Source of the DNA: Chiloscyllium plagiosum
Lineage: Eukaryota
Assembly: GCF_004010195.1 (NCBI RefSeq)
Contig: NC_057752.1
Location: 2,916,222 to 2,980,221, forward strand
Direction: 5' to 3'
Length of the DNA: 64,000 bases
Below the pieces are notes generated by a model. It saw only the letters and a program-made list of their open reading frames with translations, did not search any database and had not been told where the DNA came from. A program made the translations under genes and the position numbers. Positions 1 to 10,988 of this stretch are shown here, one piece after another; within the stretch, counting starts at the first letter, position 1, and each line of letters starts with the position of its first letter.

Positions 1-320
1 TGACATTCACCAAGGCTGTTTAGACAGCACCTTCCAAACCCATGACCACTACCATCTGGAAGGATAACGGCAGCAGATAAATGGGAACACCACCCACTGC
101 AAGTTCTCTCCAAGCCACTCACCATTTTGATAGGGAAACATTCTCATTCCTTAAGGGTCGCTAGGTCAAAATCCTGGAATTCCCTCCCGAACAGCATCAT
201 GGGTCTCCCTACACACGTGGACTGCAGTGGTTCAAGGCAGCAGCTCACCACCGGTCTCAAGGACAACTCGGGACAGACAATAAATGCCAGCCCAGCCAGC
301 AAATCCCCTCGGCAAATAAA
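1..320 (+). mobile_element. 3' end of a shark LINE family (CR1/L2 superfamily, subfamily unresolved)
   Basis: The tail (...caaaatcctggaattccctccc...ggactgcagtggttcaaggcagcagctcaccacc...caataaatgc) recurs at ~20745-20990 (+), ~28430-28625 (-), ~45975-46200 (+) and ~59335-59490 (-). Confidence 0.65.
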
Positions 321-329
321 ACACATAGA

Positions 330-1480
330 AGCTGGACAGTCCAGATAGGTTGCTCCTAAAGGGCCGCGACCAACTTTCTTGCAGGGGGAGTTGCTCATGC
401 CATTAATGAGAATTTAAACTAACCTGGCAGAGGTGCAGAGAGCACGAGGTAGAAACAGATAGCACTAGAATAGCAAATAGTAATGAATTAGGTGGGGTCA
501 GAGTAAGTGGGAAGGAATCAAGTCTAAATTAGGATTATTGTAGACATTTGGAAATGTACAGACCAGTGAGCATCAAGTGCAAACTGACATATAGAAATAT
601 GATGTAATAAAGACTAAACTTGTAGAAGGACTTGATGCTAGGAATGCTTTAATAAAAGGTGTTCAGAAAAGATAGAAAAAGGAAACAAGGAAGGGTAGCA
701 ATACAGATGAAGGAGGATATTGCAGTGCTGAAGAGAGTGTATTTCCCAGAGGTGTCAATGACAGAGTCTTGTTTTAGATCTAAGGGACAAAAAAAGGTCT
801 AATTATATTGCTCGGTGTAGTCTATCGGCCACAAACCAGTGGGAAAAATGTACAGGAACAAATTTGCAAGGAAATAACAGAGCGCAAGAATTACAGAGGA
901 GTTATAATGGGAGGACTTTAATAATCTGAATAAAGACTAAAATAATAGTAGTGTAACAGACAGAAACACACAAGAGCTCAAAGACAGCGTTCAGGAGAAT
1001 TTTTCTACTTTAGTTCGTTGAGTCCAATGAGAAAGATTTGGCTGGGCCTAGATTTTGGGAAGGTGGTGTATCAAGTTGATCTAGTGCCAGATTAGAACTG
1101 GGACTATTCACCTTGGGAATGCTTGAGAGAATATCTGATCAAAGTGTTCAAAGCAATGAAGGGTCTGGACAGAGTACAGAGAAAGAAACCATTCTCATTA
1201 GTTGAAGGATCAAGTTAGTTGAGGACATCGATTTAAGTCAACTGACAAAAGCAATGGGGACACATGGAAAGTTACTTTTTGACACAGCTGGTGGTTAGAA
1301 TCTGGACTGCAATGTCTGGAAGTGTGGTGAAGGCAGGATCAACTGAAGCTTTCAAAAAGGAATTAGACCATTATCTGAAAGAGAGGTATTTGCAGGATGA
1401 GGTAGAGAAGGCAGTGAAGTGGCATGAAGCGAACTGCTCCTTCAAAGGGCCAGCACAGTCAAATGGCTCTTCTGTGATTA
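330..1480 (+). mobile_element. Old degenerate CR1-like LINE fragment in SMARCD1 intron 1
   Basis: Endonuclease-like (V)IMG-DFN remnant at ~900-922. The 3' part translates FLTQLVVRIW...FKKELDHYL, typical of the CR1 ORF2 C-terminus. Many stops. Confidence 0.7.
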
Positions 1481-2165
1481 TAAGAACAGTAGCAATCTCC
1501 CCACAGTCTGAAGCAATCTTTATTCCCTAATCAACATCACTAAAACGGTTTATCACAACGCTGTTTGTGCAAAATTCCTGTGCACAAATTGATTACCACA
1601 TTTCCTCTGCTATTATGGAGAGTACTCATCAAAAGCACTTTCAGATATTTGGTGAAATAATTACAAGTTTCCTTTCCTTTTAATGTTTGCTGGCCAATTC
1701 GTGGTGATTTAGCATTCTCAGTATCAGCCCATGAGAAACAGAATCAAGTCTGCCCAATTTACACCTAATCCTCTCAGCCAATTGCATTCATCAACCATCT
1801 GTATTTCAACACAGGACAGGAAATGTTTTAAACTGCTCAATAGGTCAGCTGCATCAGCCACTTTTAAACAAAATCTCTCTGATTCTGTCAAAATCATGGG
1901 CCCCCTGAGAGCATCAAGTATTTTTCTCTTTTTAAATTCAGGCTTCTTACATCAGCATCCTGTGGAGATTTAACCACAACTAGTTTCCAAATTATATGTC
2001 AAATCTGAACATGACTCAACAATACAATCTTTCCAACTTACATAACTGTCGGAAAATAATCACAAGGCATTATAAACCAGGCGTTATTTTCTGGCCTAAA
2101 GAGCAAGGTAAGAATGTGAAGCAGCCTTAGGGGATGGAGTCGATTATCCAACTGAAGGAAACAAA

Positions 2166-2545
2166 AGAAGCTAGGGTCAGGTCAGATGTCGAAAATCGAA
2201 GTGTGGCACTGGAAAAGCACAGCAGGTCAGGCAGCATTCGTGGAGCAGGAGAATCGACGTTTCGGGCATAAGCCCTTCAAGAAGCTAGGGTCAGGTCAGA
2301 TGTCGAAAATCGAAGTGTGGCGCTGGAAAAGCACAGCAGGTCAGGCAGCATTCGTGGAGCAGGAGAACCGACGTTTCGGGCATAAGCCCTTCATCAGAAA
2401 TGTGTCCTGATGAATGGCTCATGCCCGAAACGTCGATTCTCCTGCTCCACGAATGCTGCCTGACCTGCTGCGCTTTTCCAGCGCCACATTTTTCAACTCT
2501 GAACTCCAGCATCTGCAGACCTCACTTTCTCCTCAGGTGTCGAAA
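2166..2545. mobile_element. Palindromic Penelope-like short element (family A) with a 114-bp tandem duplication of its left part
   Basis: Inverted arms ~2314-2397 and ~2407-2490, each with a CTGATGA..GCCCGAAACG core. Direct duplicate 2166-2279/2280-2393. Imperfect TSD tcag(a/g)tgtcgaaa at 2296-2308/2533-2545. Confidence 0.7.
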
Positions 2546-2701
2546 GACCAACCATGTAATTCAGGAGGCGAGAGAGGAAGTTTGCTGGCCGTGGCCAGTT
2601 GGATTTAAGGGATGAGGCCTCATTTGGCCAGAACAAGGGCCTCGCCTTCCCCCCTCATCCCCTGCACTGCACACAGTTCCATATCCCGGCCCCTTACTTA
2701 C

Positions 2702-2866
2702 CGGGTATCCCTGGCCTGGCATGGCCGAGCGAAACATGTTCTGTTGCTGAGCTCCTGCTATCCTGCCCGGGGCCTGCCCCGGCCCTTGCCCCTGGCCAGG
2801 CCCCGGACCCGCTGCCATAGCAGCCGCCGCGCCCGGGCTCATTGTCTGGAATCCTCGCGCCGCCAT
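2702..2866 (-). CDS. SMARCD1: SMARCD1 (BAF60A) first coding exon, 55 codons; rest of gene lies beyond position 1
   Basis: MAARGFQTMSPGAAAAMAAGPGPGQGQGPGQAPGRIAGAQQQNMFRSAMPGQGYP resembles the human SMARCD1 N-terminus (MAARAGFQSVAP...LYRSPMPGAAYP). Good Kozak (gaaaATGG), perfect phase-0 donor CCG|GTAAGT, CpG-rich, adjacent to ASIC1. Confidence 0.92.
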
Positions 2867-2955
2867 TTTCGAGAAGGAACTCTTTCGCACCGGAAAGCGA
2901 CAACACTACTTCCGGTACGCGGCCCAGCCCGCATGCGTTAATTGATCGCCCGAAA
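2860..2955 (-). promoter_or_regulatory. SMARCD1: CpG-rich housekeeping-type promoter/5'UTR of SMARCD1
   Basis: High CpG density. YY1 motif CGCCATTTT (2861-2869) overlaps the ATG, ETS/GABP motif ACTTCCGGT (2908-2916) plus CCGGAAA (2890-2896), NRF1-like GCATGCG (2931-2937). No TATA box seen. Confidence 0.75.
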
Positions 2956-3206
2956 CAGCGCCACCCTCCGGCTGGAGACTGAGTTCCAGTGGCAGCGTCA
3001 CCATCATGCTGGAGACTGAACTCGAGAAGTAGCGCCACCCTCTGGCTGGAGACTGAACTCCAGAAGTTGCGCCACGTTTCGGCTGGAGACTGAAATCCAC
3101 AAGCAGCGCCACCCTACGGCTGGAGACTGAAGATCAGAAGCAACGTCACCCTCAGGCTGGAGCTTCAACTCCAGAAGCAGCGCCATCCTATGGCTGAAGT
3201 CTGAAA
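2956..3206. repeat. 37-bp tandem repeat, 7 diverged units
   Basis: Units start at 2956, 2993, 3030, 3067, 3104, 3141 and 3178. Consensus ~cagcgccaccctcyggctggagactgaactccagaag. Confidence 0.95.
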
Positions 3207-3567
3207 GGTGAGGAAGGCCCCAAGAACTGGTGGAAGATTCAAATCCACATGATTGATTTTGTCTCGCATTTTTGTGTAGACCATGGGCTAACCAAGCCTT
3301 TCCCAGCGAGTTATATACAGCTGTAGTATTGCCTGACCATTGAGAAATTTTGTTAATTGTTGCATAGAAAGTACGAAGGGTAAGTGAGAAAGGGAGGCAA
3401 ATCGAAAGTATACTAAGAGTCTGGCAGTCAACTTAGAAGGGAATGCAAAAGTTTATATAAATAACAAAATTGCATGAAGAGAAGGGATAAATCAATTAGG
3501 GACAGAATGTGGGATCTATGCATGACTGAGGTACCAAATGAGTACACTGCATCTACTTTTAATAATC

Positions 3568-3732
3568 GTAGAATCCCTGTAGTGTGGAAGCAGGCCTATC
3601 AAGTCCACACCAACACCCTGAAAACATCCTGCGCAGATCCAGACCATCCTTGTAAACATGCATTCCCCAGCTAACCTACAGATCTCTGAACAATTCACCC
3701 AAACCTGTGCATCTTTGGACTGTGGGAGGAAA
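3568..3732 (-). mobile_element. HE1-type V-SINE, partial and diverged
   Basis: gaatccct..agtgtggaagcaggcc tail and ctttggactgtgggagga V-domain end. Confidence 0.7.
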
Positions 3733-3892
3733 TAATTGTCAAAAGCGGCAAGAGTGATATGAATGAAAATGCTTTTCACACAGCAAGTGGTTAGGGTCTG
3801 GAACGCTCTGTTTGAGGTTGTGGTGGAGGCAGGTTCAATGAAGGCTTTCCAAAGAGAATGAAATTGTCATCAGAAGTGGAAATATGTGCAGG

Positions 3893-4488
3893 TGTGGGAT
3901 ATAAATGAATTAATGTTATTTCTGCAAGTATAAATTCTGATACAGAACAGGAATGAGAAAATACATATTCAGCAAAAAGAAAGGATATGTTAGCATGAGA
4001 CGTGAATACAGAACAATGGTGGATATATGGGCAAACAGGAAAGCATCTGTTCCCCCCTACTCGGAGACATAGGAACTAACCCTAATCAAAGAGGTCAAAG
4101 TGGCCTCTGGATGGAAATAGATGCTGATAGAAGAAAAGATATGCCTAATCAATAATCTACAATAGACTGACGTCAAGCACCCTTATGGGAGTCAGAGATA
4201 AGAGTTTGTCACGGACAAGACAGGATAAACAGAAGTTGTGGGATAAGTCTTAAGGAAATGAGTGACGTAAGCGAAGCAGGGAACAGAAAATGGAATAAGG
4301 AAAACATATGGGAAAAAAACAGTATAAATTGCAAGGGTTTTTTGGGATATACTGTGCATTTTGTCATTGCCTTACCTGGTAATTAGACAAAGCACCCACC
4401 TATAGGTGTATAAATAAAACGACGCTGCTGTTCAGAAATTTGGTCTCGGACTGAAATTATTAAAGTGAGTGAGCTTTTGTTTCTCACA
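3893..4488 (+). mobile_element. Solo LTR (596 bp) inserted in an old CR1 tail
   Basis: TGTGGGA...TCTCACA inverted termini, 4-bp TSD cagg (3889-3892/4489-4492), TATAAA 4323-4328, AATAAA 4413-4418. The CR1 tail continues on both sides. Confidence 0.85.
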
Positions 4489-5068
4489 CAGGGAACAGGT
4501 GAGAGAGTGACACTACACTCATTCAGCAGACACAATGGGTTGAATGGCATCTTTCTGTGCCAGAACAATTCTGCCAATGTGCGCTTTCAATGGTGCAAAA
4601 GAGACTTCACTTCAAAACTTTGCTGTAAAGGGCTCTGAGGATGGGAAAAACACTCGAGAAGTGCATGGTTCTTTTAGTTTAAAGGAGATGATAAAGATCT
4701 AAAAGGACTGCCTGGTTCACTCCACAGAGAACTGGGATAGACTTGATGGGCCGAATGGTCTCCTTTTGAGATATAATGACTCCTTCATTACCATTGTGCG
4801 TGGCTTGTTGTGTATTTTGAGAACTTTCAATATTTGTTTCAGATAATCAGTGTTTGCCAGCTCCTGCTGTATGATTCATTACAGTCTCTAATAATTTATT
4901 TATTTTTTGATCGCTAAGATGGTGGCAGAGTTGCAGCGCAGTGTGTGGGCTCCTGCCTGGAGCAGATTGTCCACTTCTACCTTTTTGTTTCTTCCTTCAC
5001 AGCATTTTTTTCTTATTTAAATCTGTTTATCTTCTGGAGGGAGAGCGAGCCCAGTGCAGGGGAGGTTG

Positions 5069-5408
5069 GGGCAACACGGTGGCTCAGTGGTTAGCACTGC
5101 TGCCTCACAGCACCAGGGTCCCAGGTTCGATTCCAGCCTCGGGTGACTGTCTGTGTGGAGTTTGCACATTCTCCCTGTGTCTGTGTGGGTTTTCCACAGT
5201 CCAAAGATGTGCAGATTAGGGTGGATTGGCTGTGCTAAATTGCCCATGCTAAATTGCCCATAGTGTCCAGGGATGTGTAGGTTAGGTGCATTAGACAGGG
5301 TTAAATGTAGAGTAATAGGATAGGGGAAAGGGTCTGGGTGGGTTACTCTTCGGAGGGTTGGTGTTGTTGGGCCAAAGGGCCTGTTTCCACACTGTAGGGA
5401 TTCTATGA
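5069..5408 (+). mobile_element. HE1-type V-SINE
   Basis: tRNA-like head with A box (tggctcagtgg) and B box (ggttcgattcc), V domain tgtggagtttgcacattctccc, LINE-like tail gggcctgtttccacactgtag. Confidence 0.9.
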
Positions 5409-5908
5409 CACCGCCCAGTCCGGTAGTGATAGAGGTCCCACAACATCTGCGGTGGTGACGAGAGCAGGCAACCCGATGTCTCTTGGCATCTGAGGCAGCA
5501 TCAAGCACGGGGAGATTGATTCCAATGCAGAGAATATCGAGCCCAGCATAGAGAAGACTGAACCCTTGTGGGGAGTGCAAATCCAGCATGGTTAAGCACT
5601 TAAAGAAGGACTTTAATGTTGGACTTTTAGCTATATTTCCTTATTTTTCTACTTTGCACCTATGATTTTGTACCTAGGTACCTTTGTACCCACGATGGCG
5701 CCCAGAATGGCATCATTGTACACTTGAGTACATGTCAGAATAAAATCTGATTCTAATCAGTATTTGTTGATCATTATAGTTTCTTTGCCATATCTTTTGG
5801 CTTCCTGTACATTCTCCTAAATCTTTGTCAGCTTGACAAAATAATTTTGGATGAATTATTTTAGTGAATCATTTTAGTTCACTGAGCCAGAGACATGGAA
5901 ATTTATGG

Positions 5909-6513
5909 TGTCACGGTGGCTTAGTGGTTAGCACTGCTACCTCACAGCACCAGGGTCCCAGGTTCGATTCCAGCCTTGGGTGACTGACTGTGTGGAGTTT
6001 GCATATTCTCCCTGTGTCTGTGTGGGTTTCCTCTGGGTGCTCCGGTTTCCTCCCAAAGTGCAGGTCAGGTGAATTGGCCACGCTAAATTGCCCATAGTGT
6101 TAGATGCATCATTTAGGGGGAAACGGGTCTGAGTGGGTTTTTTTTTCTTTTTTCTTTTTTTTTCTTTTTTTTTTCTCCCCCACACTACCACCTAAGTGCG
6201 GTAGTGTTTATTTTATCCCCAGCACCCATGGTGTGTGTGTGCAGGTGTGAGACGGTATAGCACTTTATTTATTTTTTTATTTTAACCCCCACACTACCAC
6301 CTAAGTGTGGTAGTGCTTATTTTATCCCCAGCACCCATGGTGTGTGTGTATACATGTGAGACACAGTGAAAGACACAAAGTGCACCAATCTTTATTCAAA
6401 TTCCACCACCAGGAAGATAGGAAAACATCTGGGTGGGTTACTCTTCGGAGGGCTGGTGTGGATTGGTTGGGCCAAAGGGCCTGTTTCCATACTGTAGGGA
6501 ATCTAATCTATGA
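5909..6513 (+). mobile_element. HE1-type V-SINE interrupted by a LINE 3' end
   Basis: Head and V domain 5909-6139; tail resumes 6428-6513. Confidence 0.9.
6140..6427 (-). mobile_element. 5'-truncated Tx1-like (L1-clade) 3'UTR with poly(A) tail
   Basis: Reverse complement of the 3'UTR at ~28980-29185. Poly(T) at 6140-6175, 12-bp TSD tctg(a/g)gtgggtt at 6128-6139/6428-6439, internal duplication of the terminal hairpin segment. Confidence 0.85.
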
Positions 6514-6514
6514 C

Positions 6515-6860
6515 TCACTGGGTACTGTTTTTACCTTCATACCCTAGAAGGTTGTAGGTTCGAGGCCCACATTGCAGCTGTGAGCATGAAACTTGGCTGA
6601 CACTCCTGTGCAGTGCTGAGGGTGGGTGCTGCCATTTTTCGGGCATTCTTAGAGAAAAACAGGGCCCATTATCCCTGGTTTCCGGGGCAATGTTTGTCAC
6701 TCAGAAAGAGATAACGTGGGTTTTTAATCATTCTGGGAGAGCTTGCTGTGCACAAATTCACTCCCACATTAAAGCAGCAATGATTCTTCAAATGTTGGAT
6801 ATAAAGCGCTCAAGGGCATCTTGAAGTCATGAAAGGTGCTACAGAAATGAAAGTCTGTAC
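6515..6860 (+). mobile_element. Deu-domain SINE (SacSINE/AmnSINE-like), diverged
   Basis: gtgcagtgctgagg..gtgctgccattttt Deu-like core; tail gagcttgctgtgcacaaatt...tgaaaggtgctacagaaatg. Confidence 0.65.
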
Positions 6861-7659
6861 TGTATTGTTCTCTATTTGCATGTTTTTACAGACTGCTTCC
6901 AGTTGAGGGCACCCTTTCTATTGAAAAGGGCTCTTCGGACAGACAATTGGAAAAAGTGCTCCAGGTATCAAGTGTTGATGCTACAGTAATCACAGTTATA
7001 ATTGTAGCTTTGAGATATTTTCTGCATCAACCTATTCAGAGATGTTATTGCACACATCTGGTGTAGATGGAATTTGAATCCGGGTCTTCAGTCTCAGAGG
7101 GAGGGACACTACCACTTATTTTCCATGGGATGTGGGTGTTGGTGGCATCCCTAATTTCCCTTGCCCTGGCTTGGTAGGGCCACTTCAGAGGGCAGCGAAA
7201 AGTCAAGAATTGCTGGAGAACCTCCGCAGGTCTGGCAGCATCTGGCAGTCAACATTTCAAGTCCGGTGACCCTTGGAACGTTTAGGTCTTCAGCGTCCGC
7301 AGTTCTCCGTTTTATGCTAAAGGTCGAGCACGTTGCTGAAGGTCTGGAGTCACGTGTAGGCCAGATCCTGGTAAGGATGGAAGTCTCCTTCCCTGATGGA
7401 TATTAGTGAACCAGATGGGGTTTTACAACAATCGCTGAGACTAGAGAGAGAGAGACATGGCGCCTGAAGAGTGGAGACTCGGGCTTTATTGGTTTTGGCA
7501 CTGGTAGTGGCGAGGCATCGACGGTAGCATTGGCGATTAGTGGTGACAGATGGCGCCTGAGAGCAGAGACTCTAACGTCGGTGGGTCTGTCAGGGTGGCG
7601 AGGAGGGTGAAGCCTTGGATTGGGCCAGCAGATGAAAAAACAAAGATGGAGTCTCTTTC

Positions 7660-8207
7660 ATAGAGTCATAGAGATGTACAGCATGGAAACAGACCCTTCA
7701 ATCCAACCCGTCCACGCCGACCAGATATCCCAACCCAATCTAGTCCCACCTGCCAACACCTGGCCCACATCCCTCCAAACCCTTCCTATCCATATACCCA
7801 TCCAAATGCCTCTTAAATGTTGCAATTGTACCAGCCTCCACCACATCCTCTGGCAGCTCATTCCACACACATACCACCCTCTGTGTGAAAAAGTTGCCCC
7901 TTAGGTCTCTTTTATATCTTTCCCCTCTCACCCTAAACCTATGCCCTCTAGTTCTGGACTCCCCGACCCCAAGGAAAAGACTTTGTCTATTTATCCTATC
8001 CATGCCCCTCATAATTTTGTAAACCTCTATAAGGTCACCCCTCAGCCTCCGACTCTCCAGGGAAAACAGCCCCAGCCTGTTCAGCCTCTCCCTATAGCTC
8101 AAATCCTCCAACCCTGGCAACATCCTTGTAAATCTTTTCTGAGCCCTTTCAAGTTTCACAACATCTTTCTGATAGGAAGGAGACCAGAATTGCACGCAAT
8201 ATTCCAT
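7660..8207 (-). mobile_element. CR1/HER1-like LINE, 5'-truncated, young (open ORF2 C-terminus)
   Basis: ORF 7740..8207 EYCVQFWSP...RRLRGDLIEVYKIMRG...FFTQRVV..WNELP is the CR1 ORF2 C-terminus; 3' tail with (ctctatga) repeat. Confidence 0.95.
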
Positions 8208-8564
8208 CAGCCGCCTTTCAGTTTGTTAAAATTATTGTTATCCAAAATGGCGCAGGAGCGTGGCAACAGTTGAAGCTCTGCATTGTATTTTCCCTTAAAT
8301 ACAAGTGACAATAAATCATTCAATTGAATCAAATCAGTTCCAGATTTCTTAATTGATTTAAATTCTACCCATTGCCTGTCCCAGAGCATTCAGGCTAGGC
8401 TCTGGGCCTCCAATCCACGGGTGGTAGCACTACACCACTATTGCTCATTCAGATATGATTCTAGTTGTGCTTAGCACTCAATGGTCATTATTTCTATGTG
8501 AGCCTTGAGCACATATACAGACTTACTACAGAGCAGAAGGGGCCATTCGGCCCACATACACACC

Positions 8565-8995
8565 TGCTAGGTTCCTCAGTACATCGCACTCACCTCTAAG
8601 TCAGACGATCATGTGATTAAGGCCCACCTTAGGGCCTTAAAGTCAGAATGTTGGTCGGCAGTCTGATGCAGCGCTGTGGGAATGCTGCACTGTCAGAGGT
8701 AATGTCTTTCAGGCAAGGGCCCGCCTGCCTACTTGTGTGGGTGTAGAAAGATACCACAGCACTGCTCAGGAGGAATTCTCATGCGTGTGTGCTGGGCAGT
8801 GCTCACCCCTTCAGTCAACATCACAGAAAACAGATGATGTGGTTTCCTTGTCGCACTCCCGTTTGTGGGAGCTTGCTGTGTGCAAGTTGGCTGCCGCATC
8901 TCCTGTGTTACGACAAGAGCTAGGCTCGAGAAAGTACTTCATTGGACACATTTGAGGATGCCCTGAAGTCACGAAAGGCGCTACAGAAAGGCAGG
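8565..8995 (+). mobile_element. Deu-domain SINE
   Basis: gggaatgctgcactgtcagaggt..gtctttc core; tail tttgtgggagcttgctgtgtgcaagttggctgccgc...gaaaggcgctaca. Confidence 0.75.
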
Positions 8996-10477
8996 AGCAA
9001 AACCAAGCGGATGCTGGAAATTGGAAACAGGCAATACTGGAAAAACTCAGCAGGTCTGGCCAAGATAGAGAGAGAAAAACAGAGTTAATGTTTCAAATCT
9101 GATGCCACTTCTTGGGACTCTTTCTATGCCATAAATCTTGCATTCAGTAAATTGCTGTCCCCTCATCTTGATTGTTTTCCCCACCCTGTGAATCCGATGG
9201 TTTCAAAATGTGCCTCGACCTGAAAATTGGCGATAGTTTTGGAAGCCCAAATGTCTGAGGGCAGAATGGTCATTTTCGCATGTTTAACATGTGCTTCTCT
9301 GCCTCTGGTTAGAGTGTTTGCTCTTGATTGTGAAAGGCGTGTTGGTGCCGACACCCATTGGGAGTGACGGGCGACATTTTGTATCATTTCTCTGTATTTC
9401 TGACTGAACAGAGGGGAAGAGGAAAAGCCTGCAGTGCACAGTATCTGAGCAAGAGTGTTCATTCTCGCATCATTTAGCTGAACAAAGCTTTCAGTGGTGG
9501 GAAGATGGCCTTTAGATTGCGGCCTCGCTGCCGGGGTGAGAAGTTTGCTGGATAGCATTCAGTGTAGGCCGTGGTTTCAATAACCTCTAAGGGACCCCAG
9601 AGTTACTTTGCAATGACTCTACTTCATCCAAGCGCAAGGATTCCCTTTCTGACTGTTCACTGATGCTAAATGAGCAAGTTTGTTTCAAGCTTTTTGTGCT
9701 CCATTTCTAAATTAAGGAATTTATCTTCCATCTCAACAAACAATTGCATTTAAATAGCCCCTATTTAAATGGTAAAACATCCCGAGACACTTTCCAGGGA
9801 CGATGACCGAACAGTGTTTGACTCTGAGCTACATATTAGGACAGATGATCAAGAGGTTGGACAAAGAGGTCGGAATTCTGGAGCAGAGGTGAGCAAGTTA
9901 TGGGAGGGAATTCCAGAGTTTGGGATCCAGGCAGCTGTAGACATCCCCCTCTCCCCAGTGGCAGAGTGATTCAAATCAGTGATCTGCAAGAGGCCAGGTC
10001 AGCAGCATCGTAGAGATGGCAGAAAATTGCGGGGCTGAAGGGGATTGCAGAGATAGGGAGGGGGTGATAAAAATTACACTTGTGGAACTAGAAGCAGTCT
10101 TCAGTATAATCCGAGCCATGTCAATGTGCTGTGGGCATATGAAACCAGTGTTAATGGAATCAAAGTGTTCAGTCAGCCGCGATTGTATTGAATGGCAGTC
10201 AGGCTTGACGGACTATATGGCCTACTCCTGTTTTTATCTCCCTTTGTCCTTTGTATGTGAATTCCATTAAGATACGCACATGGAGAACATTGTTTAACTA
10301 AATACCTAAAGCACATATAAAAAGAGACTGTCCTTTTAATGCGGATGTTAATTTAGGTTAATCGGTTCATTAGGTTTAAGTTTGCTTTATTGGTTATTTT
10401 CAAAGTACAGGTTGTACCTTTGTAATCTAGCAAGCTCAAGACCAGGCTTTTGCCAGACCAGCATTTGAGAGGCCACA

Positions 10478-10745
10478 ATTGTACATTCTCCCCATGTCTG
10501 TGTGGGTTTCTTCCGGGTGCTCCGGTTTTGTCCCACAATCCAAAGATGTGCAGGTTAGGGTGAATCGGCCATGCGAAATTGCCCATAGGGTTCAGGGATG
10601 TGTCAGTTACATGTATTAGTTTGGGGTAAATGTAGAGTAATAGGGTAGGGGAACGGGTCTGGGTAGGTTACTTGGAGGGTCGGTGTGGATTTGTTGGGCC
10701 GAATGGCCTGTTTCCACACTGTAGGGATTCTATGATGATTCTATG
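10478..10745 (+). mobile_element. HE1-type V-SINE, 5'-truncated
   Basis: V domain and HE1 tail present, tRNA head absent. Confidence 0.85.
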
Positions 10746-10771
10746 TCTACCCCTCCCAGCCTCAAGATCTG

Positions 10772-10988
10772 CACCTCTCTCTCCCTCTCCCTGTCTATCT
10801 CTCTCCCTCTCCCTCTATCCCTCTCCCTCTATCCCTCTCCCTCTATCCCTCTTCCTCTCCCCCTCTCCCTCTATCCCTCTCCCTCTATCCCTCTCCCTCT
10901 ATCCCTCTCCCTCTATCCTCACACTCACTCTCTCTCTATCTCTCTGTTTCTATCTCTCTCTGTCTCTGTCTTTCTCTCTCTGTCTCTG
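10772..10988. repeat. CT-rich low-complexity repeat (ctatccctctcc)n
   Basis: Directly visible. Confidence 0.95.

Noticed and set aside
2867..2890. N-terminal extension MRKSSFSK and read-through to 2561 of the SMARCD1 ORF
   Set aside because: The ORF-track start is a GTG. Homology begins at MAARG and ends at the GTAAGT donor.
2956..3206. CRISPR-like array
   Set aside because: Contiguous diverged tandem units without unique spacers, no cas genes, vertebrate context.
5069..5145. tRNA genes (also in the other HE1 heads)
   Set aside because: A/B boxes continue directly into the V domain and LINE tail, so these are SINE heads.
7740..8207. 155-aa ORF as a host gene
   Set aside because: It is the C-terminus of CR1 ORF2, with homologous fragments throughout the window.
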